Shown here: piece after piece, positions 59,720 to 64,000 of the stretch
Position numbering within the stretch: position 1 is the first letter of the stretch
Layout of the letters: every line of letters starts with the position of its first letter
Source: Candidatus Omnitrophota bacterium
GTDB taxonomy: Bacteria; Omnitrophota; Gorgyraeia; Gygaellales; Profunditerraquicolaceae
Direction: 5' to 3'
Length of the DNA: 64,000 bases
NCBI GenBank assembly: GCA_003598025.1
Contig: QZKH01000003.1
Location: 375,221-439,220 of the forward strand
Notes under the pieces: model-generated
Told to the model about the DNA's origin: nothing
What the model saw: the letters and a program-made list of their open reading frames with translations, nothing else
Databases searched by the model: none
Made by a program: the position numbers and the translations under genes

Positions 59720-61115
59720 TACTCTCCAGCTCCGCTACGATTTCTTTAAGGCTGTCAACAACCGTTTCCAGCTCTGTAATAGCTTCGGATGCCAAAACCT
59801 GCGGCTCCGGCAAGTCCTCCGGATTATCCAATGACTCATCCTTAAGCCATGTTACATCGAGCTTATAGCCGCGATCCTTGATCTCCTTAATGTTGAACCG
59901 ACGAAAACGTCCATCGACGCCAAGGTCTGTCCTCTTGCTCTGCCCATTAGGATCGGAGCCGTAACACTTCTCAAATTCTTTAAAGTGCTCCCCTGAAAGC
60001 GGCCGATCCTTTTTAGTTATTCCGGGCACGTTGGAGCGACCGTCGAATATCCAGACATTCTCCGTAGGCAATCCCTTCTGGAAGAAAATCACGTTCGCCT
60101 TCACTCCTTGGCTATAGGGCGTAAATGTCCCTCTGGGCAGGCGTAAGATCGTGTGCAGGTTGCAATCCTGTGTCAGAATCTCAATCACCTCTCCGGCCTT
60201 GTCTTCAAAAAGGCAGTTATCCGGTAAAACCATAGCCGCGCGGCCTCCGGGGCGTAGCACATTCACGACGTGCTGAATAAAGTTGAGCTGTTTATTGCTC
60301 GTTGAAATCGTAAAATCATCCCTCTCCGGAGCCTGATTCGCTCCCTTAGTACCGAACGGCGGATTCGTAAGAATACAATCGTATCGCGTACCTTTCATTG
60401 GCTCATAAATAGAATCACCAAGATAAATGTCCGCATGGATTCCGTGTAGGTATAGATTCATCAAAGCAAGTCGGCGCGGCCGGGCAACAAGCTCGGTGCC
60501 GGTGTAAACCTTATTTGCTATCCGTTTAGCATCATCACGCTCAAGACTGCCCTTGGTTTGCTCCATTAGCCACTCATAAGCACAGACCAAAAAGCCCCCA
60601 GTCCCAGCCGCAGGATCATGGATAATGAAGTCCTTTGACTTTCGCGGATCAGGCTTCATGCATTTGACGATTGACTGAATAAGAACACGCGGGGTGAAAT
60701 ATTGTCCGGCTCCCTTCTTGCCTTCCGAAGCAGATTTCTCAAGCAACCCTTCATAAGCGGCCGCTTTAACATCTACATTAAGACTTGTCCATTCGGTTTC
60801 ATCAATCAGGTTAATAAGCTTCTTAAGATTGACCGGATTGGCAAATTTTGAGATCGCTCCAGCATAGATATCCCCAAGCGTTCCTTTTTGTTTGCCAAGG
60901 CCGCGTAAAGCATCCACATAAAAATCAGTTAAATCTGTTCCTGACTTCTCACGCAGGACTGGCCATGAATATTCCTTGGGAATATCCGCACCCTTCTCCT
61001 CTGCCATTTTCAAGAACAGCAAATACGTCAACTGTTCAATATAATCACCGTAATCCACGCCGTCATGGCGTAGCGTGTGACAAAATCCCCATAATTTTCC
61101 GACTACATCGCTCAT
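59709..61115 (-). CDS. hsdM: Type I restriction-modification N6-adenine DNA methyltransferase subunit
   Basis: HsdM N-terminal domain. SAM motif I (HDPAAGTGGFL) and motif IV NPPFG. 468 aa. Confidence 0.9.
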   Translation of the reverse strand: MSDVVGKLWGFCHTLRHDGVDYGDYIEQLTYLLFLKMAEEKGADIPKEYSWPVLREKSGTDLTDFYVDALRGLGKQKGTLGDIYAGAISKFANPVNLKKLINLIDETEWTSLNVDVKAAAYEGLLEKSASEGKKGAGQYFTPRVLIQSIVKCMKPDPRKSKDFIIHDPAAGTGGFLVCAYEWLMEQTKGSLERDDAKRIANKVYTGTELVARPRRLALMNLYLHGIHADIYLGDSIYEPMKGTRYDCILTNPPFGTKGANQAPERDDFTISTSNKQLNFIQHVVNVLRPGGRAAMVLPDNCLFEDKAGEVIEILTQDCNLHTILRLPRGTFTPYSQGVKANVIFFQKGLPTENVWIFDGRSNVPGITKKDRPLSGEHFKEFEKCYGSDPNGQSKRTDLGVDGRFRRFNIKEIKDRGYKLDVTWLKDESLDNPEDLPEPQVLASEAITELETVVDSLKEIVAELESNGE

Positions 61116-63802
61116 GTAAGCACCGCCTCATTTATTTCTTTTAAGAGTTCATCCAATTTGCCGTCAAAAAGACGGTTGAGTTTTGAATAGCTCATCCCTT
61201 GCCTTGTAAAAATAGGCAAAGTATCGATATCATCCTTCTCGATGAGTAAGTTAGTCACTAAGTGATAGCGAATATGCTCAAGCCATGCGCTTTGCGCTTC
61301 TGAAAATTGATGCTTGGCCTTCACCTTCGTCAAGGCCCGATCAACGCGGCTCTCAACAGTCAGAAGCTCGTCATTTTTAGCCGCGTGCCTGATTATGGAA
61401 ACGATATCGGCGAGCTCCTTGTTATATGCCCGGCGAAGATTGCGCTCGTTAAACTTATCAACCAGATTATCCGGTCTGGTAGCCAGCTTCTCGCGTAACG
61501 CTTTAAGCTCATCTGTATCAAATTCTTTTGGCTTATTGAGCAGAATATCTATGGCGTCGATGTGTTCGGGATTCTTCCGGACAAACTCCTCAAACATCGC
61601 CAGATAATCGGCGGGCTTAAGTTCTTTACCGTCAGCCGCCCTGAATATGACCTCTGAAGTAACAAGATCCTCCGCGGTTTCCGCGATGACAAATTCTCGC
61701 TTGGGCCTCTGATAATTTTCGCAGATATGAAGAAACGCTTCGCCCTGAAGAATCTTGATCGTCCCTGCCCAATTCTTGGAGAGTTTATCCTCAAGTGTCA
61801 TGGCAAAATCAGCGATGTCTTCACCGAGGATATAGTTGAATTCGTTCCTGCTCTCTTGTGTAATATTCTTTGAAATACGCTGGAGCCGCTTGGATAAAAC
61901 TTTGATGTTATATGCCCGGCTTTGATTGTCAGCAATCGCTTGCACAATTTCTCGGATGGTTTTTGAGGGCTTAACCGGAGCTTCAGCAGTGATGCTGGTC
62001 GTTTTCTTAAAATACTCAAGTAACGTACCGCCGAAACAATCAAAAACAGTAAAATGAGTTTTATTGATCTCCGGACAAAGCCTTGTGCCGCGCCCCATCA
62101 TTTGCTCAAAGAGGATTCTTGATTTCACCGGACGCAGAAAAACGATATTCTCTATCTTCGGCACATCAACACCGGTCGAAAGCATATCAACGGTCACAAC
62201 AATGCCGGGATTCTGCCTATTTCTAAACTCTCTGATGCGCTGAAGCGGCCTGTCAACTGTTGGACTGCCGGTTATCTTCTGGACAAATGAATCTCCGCGG
62301 TTAAATTCATCCCGCAAAATCTCAATCAATTGATCGCAATGTGACGTGTGCGGTAAATCGTTATCCGCAAAAATTAATGTTTTGGGAAAATGCCCGATAG
62401 ATGCTTCTTGAGCCAGCAGGTATTTCTTGAGCTCCTGTACGATTTTTTTATTTCTGTCGGGTGCCGTCCACTCTGCCTCATTACTTTCAGGCGCAAGGAC
62501 ACGTTCATCCTCAAGCACATCAAAAACCATCTGGCCGGTTTTAGTGTCTTTTAACCCGACCTCTTCGCCTTCCTTTAAGAAGGCCCCGTTGAATGTAATA
62601 TCGGATTTGATCGCAACCGCATCATAATCAACCAAGAAGCCTTCCTTTACAGCACGTTCGTATTCGTAGCGAAACACAACTTCTTTGAAGAAAGCGGTCG
62701 TATGCGCCGCTGGCGTGGCAGTTAACCCAATCCTGATACCATCAAAATGCTTTAAAGCTTCGCGCCACTTGCTCTCCTCCTGAGCGGTATAACCACGATG
62801 GCATTCATCAGCTATAACCACATCAAAGGCATGAATCGGGATGTCCAACTTTTCATCCGCGTCAGATTCGTCATCCAGATCGCCGGTTGATTGCCCAAAC
62901 ATACCGTCTTTGCCGAAAAGATTGATGCCCATTCTCTGAATGGTGCAGACATAAACAAAACTATCGCGGCTTTTTGGATCGGTCAGATACTCGGTAGGCA
63001 AAACTTTTGGATCGTATTTGATATCCTCATCCAAATCCTCGCGTCTGAAACGTTGGCTGTAAACCTCGTAACACTTGTCAAACTTAAGTCCCGGCTCTGC
63101 CTCAAAACTCGCGAGCGCAGTAACTGCCTGTGCCGCCAGAGCGCGTCTATCCACAAGAAACAATATGCGCTTGGCCAGTTTTGACTTCATCAGCCGGTAT
63201 ATCAGATTAATAATTGTGAATGTCTTGCCTGTGCCGGTGGCCATGGCAACAAGCATGTTGCGCTTTCTGTCAGCGATAGCCTGTTCGATCGCTGAAATTG
63301 CTTCGATTTGATATGGCCGCAAAAATCGGTTGTCTATTGAGTTGCTCTTAAGCCACGCTTTTGCGGCATCTTCATCTCTTGAAAGTAATTCTTCTAAAGC
63401 ATTAGGCGTGTGAATCGCAGTAATCTCGCGAGAACGGTTCAACGGATGGCGCAGATCCTGAAACCAGATGATCTTGCCATTCGTGGAATAGATAAACGGG
63501 AGATGATACTCGCCAAATGTAAACGGGCTATTCTGGAATCCTCGGGCATATCGCTGTGCCTGTTGAAGCACGTTTTGAGGCCCGACTGAAATCTTTTTCC
63601 CTTCGACCGCCGCTAAAGAACGCTTGTCATGAAAAAGAGCATAGTCACAAGGACCTGTTTGCGTAGGATATTCTTCAACGGAACCATGCCCATAAGTCTT
63701 GCCTTCTTCAAAAGGAACGATCGGCCCCCACTTTGAATTAAGCAGGAGTTTGTCGATATATTGCTTTCTTGTCCTATGTTCGTTCCAATTTTGTTCAGGC
63801 AT
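61112..63802 (-). CDS. hsdR: Type I restriction enzyme R subunit (SF2 helicase with nuclease)
   Basis: Helicase motif I AMATGTGKT and motif II DECHRG. HsdR N- and C-terminal domains. ATGA overlap with hsdM. Confidence 0.85.
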   Translation of the reverse strand: MPEQNWNEHRTRKQYIDKLLLNSKWGPIVPFEEGKTYGHGSVEEYPTQTGPCDYALFHDKRSLAAVEGKKISVGPQNVLQQAQRYARGFQNSPFTFGEYHLPFIYSTNGKIIWFQDLRHPLNRSREITAIHTPNALEELLSRDEDAAKAWLKSNSIDNRFLRPYQIEAISAIEQAIADRKRNMLVAMATGTGKTFTIINLIYRLMKSKLAKRILFLVDRRALAAQAVTALASFEAEPGLKFDKCYEVYSQRFRREDLDEDIKYDPKVLPTEYLTDPKSRDSFVYVCTIQRMGINLFGKDGMFGQSTGDLDDESDADEKLDIPIHAFDVVIADECHRGYTAQEESKWREALKHFDGIRIGLTATPAAHTTAFFKEVVFRYEYERAVKEGFLVDYDAVAIKSDITFNGAFLKEGEEVGLKDTKTGQMVFDVLEDERVLAPESNEAEWTAPDRNKKIVQELKKYLLAQEASIGHFPKTLIFADNDLPHTSHCDQLIEILRDEFNRGDSFVQKITGSPTVDRPLQRIREFRNRQNPGIVVTVDMLSTGVDVPKIENIVFLRPVKSRILFEQMMGRGTRLCPEINKTHFTVFDCFGGTLLEYFKKTTSITAEAPVKPSKTIREIVQAIADNQSRAYNIKVLSKRLQRISKNITQESRNEFNYILGEDIADFAMTLEDKLSKNWAGTIKILQGEAFLHICENYQRPKREFVIAETAEDLVTSEVIFRAADGKELKPADYLAMFEEFVRKNPEHIDAIDILLNKPKEFDTDELKALREKLATRPDNLVDKFNERNLRRAYNKELADIVSIIRHAAKNDELLTVESRVDRALTKVKAKHQFSEAQSAWLEHIRYHLVTNLLIEKDDIDTLPIFTRQGMSYSKLNRLFDGKLDELLKEINEAVLT

Positions 63803-63810
63803 ACTTTTCC

Positions 63811-64000
63811 TTATTTGTAAGCGACCAGCTCGCCGCTATCAGCGAAGCTGTAATACTGGTTATCCCCTATAATTAAGTGATCGAGCACTTTGACCTGCAT
63901 CACATTGCCTGCCTGACAGAGCTCCCTTGTGAAATCCCTGTCCTCTTTGCTTGGTTTCGGATCCCCTGATGGATGATTGTGCAAACAGATGATCGATACC
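63811..64000 (-). CDS. RadC-like JAB/MPN domain protein (DUF2466), C-terminal part. The gene continues beyond the window.
   Basis: Reverse translation gives ...CLHNHPSGDPKPSKEDRDFTRELCQAGNVMQVKVLDHLIIGDNQYYSFADSGELVAYK*, which has the JAMM-like HNHPSG motif. Confidence 0.6.
   Translation of the reverse strand, partial: VSIICLHNHPSGDPKPSKEDRDFTRELCQAGNVMQVKVLDHLIIGDNQYYSFADSGELVAYK

Overview
This 64-kb window comes from an AT-rich genome with a Gram-negative-type (diderm) envelope: it encodes LptD, a PilQ secretin and a type IV pilus apparatus. Gene order and strand are very consistent: every credible gene lies on the minus strand. Coordinates I located by hand (motifs, repeats, small ORFs) may be off by 1-2 bp; CDS coordinates follow the ORF track.

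Left to right on the plus coordinate:
- 1-11.2 kb: housekeeping genes tyrS (partial), rpsA, plsC, a PMM/PGM-family mutase, rpe, nadD, proA, proB, obg, rplU, an RNase E/G gene and a DUF2344 fragment.
- 11.2-18.7 kb: a type IV pilus cluster (pilMNOPQ, a PilX-like gene and several pilins). The major pilin gene pilA has a near-consensus sigma-70 promoter and a strong terminator.
- 18.9-24.7 kb: UDP-xylose pathway genes (ugd, uxs and a TviB-like dehydrogenase) next to lptD.
- 24.7-31.8 kb: a ROK kinase, two GGDEF cyclases, an orphan MalK-like ABC ATPase, accD, DUF1015 and VanZ.
- 31.7-39.7 kb: the heat-shock regulon fmdB, dnaJ, dnaK, grpE, hrcA, clpB and an HspR-like MerR gene. It carries two clear CIRCE operators. 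Every junction of grpE-dnaK-dnaJ-fmdB holds an unusual hairpin built from tandem heptamers (GTTCATG/ATGAACY family). Related 7-8-nt tandem repeats also occur in-frame inside dnaK, grpE and miaB.
- 39.7-44.5 kb: hflX, miaA, a TPR/SPOR protein and miaB.

From about 44.4 kb to the window end the composition becomes GC-richer and the content looks horizontally acquired:
- (i) An integrated element sits at the 5' end of miaB. It is P4-like by its P4-family primase and iterons, not by other P4 genes. It carries a large serine recombinase, an Xis-like HTH, uncharacterised cargo, operator-like inverted repeats, a primase-helicase and iterons.
- (ii) An arsenic island: arsC, acr3, ccdA, two thioredoxin-like genes, arsM, a tiny ORF and arsP. 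A Cys-rich DUF134 protein stands where ArsR would be expected.
- (iii) A type I restriction-modification operon hsdR-hsdM-hsdS that is followed directly by an 827-aa protein of no recognisable family. I think this protein is the best candidate for a previously undescribed defence component. A partial RadC gene lies at the window edge.

I found no rRNA, tRNA or CRISPR.
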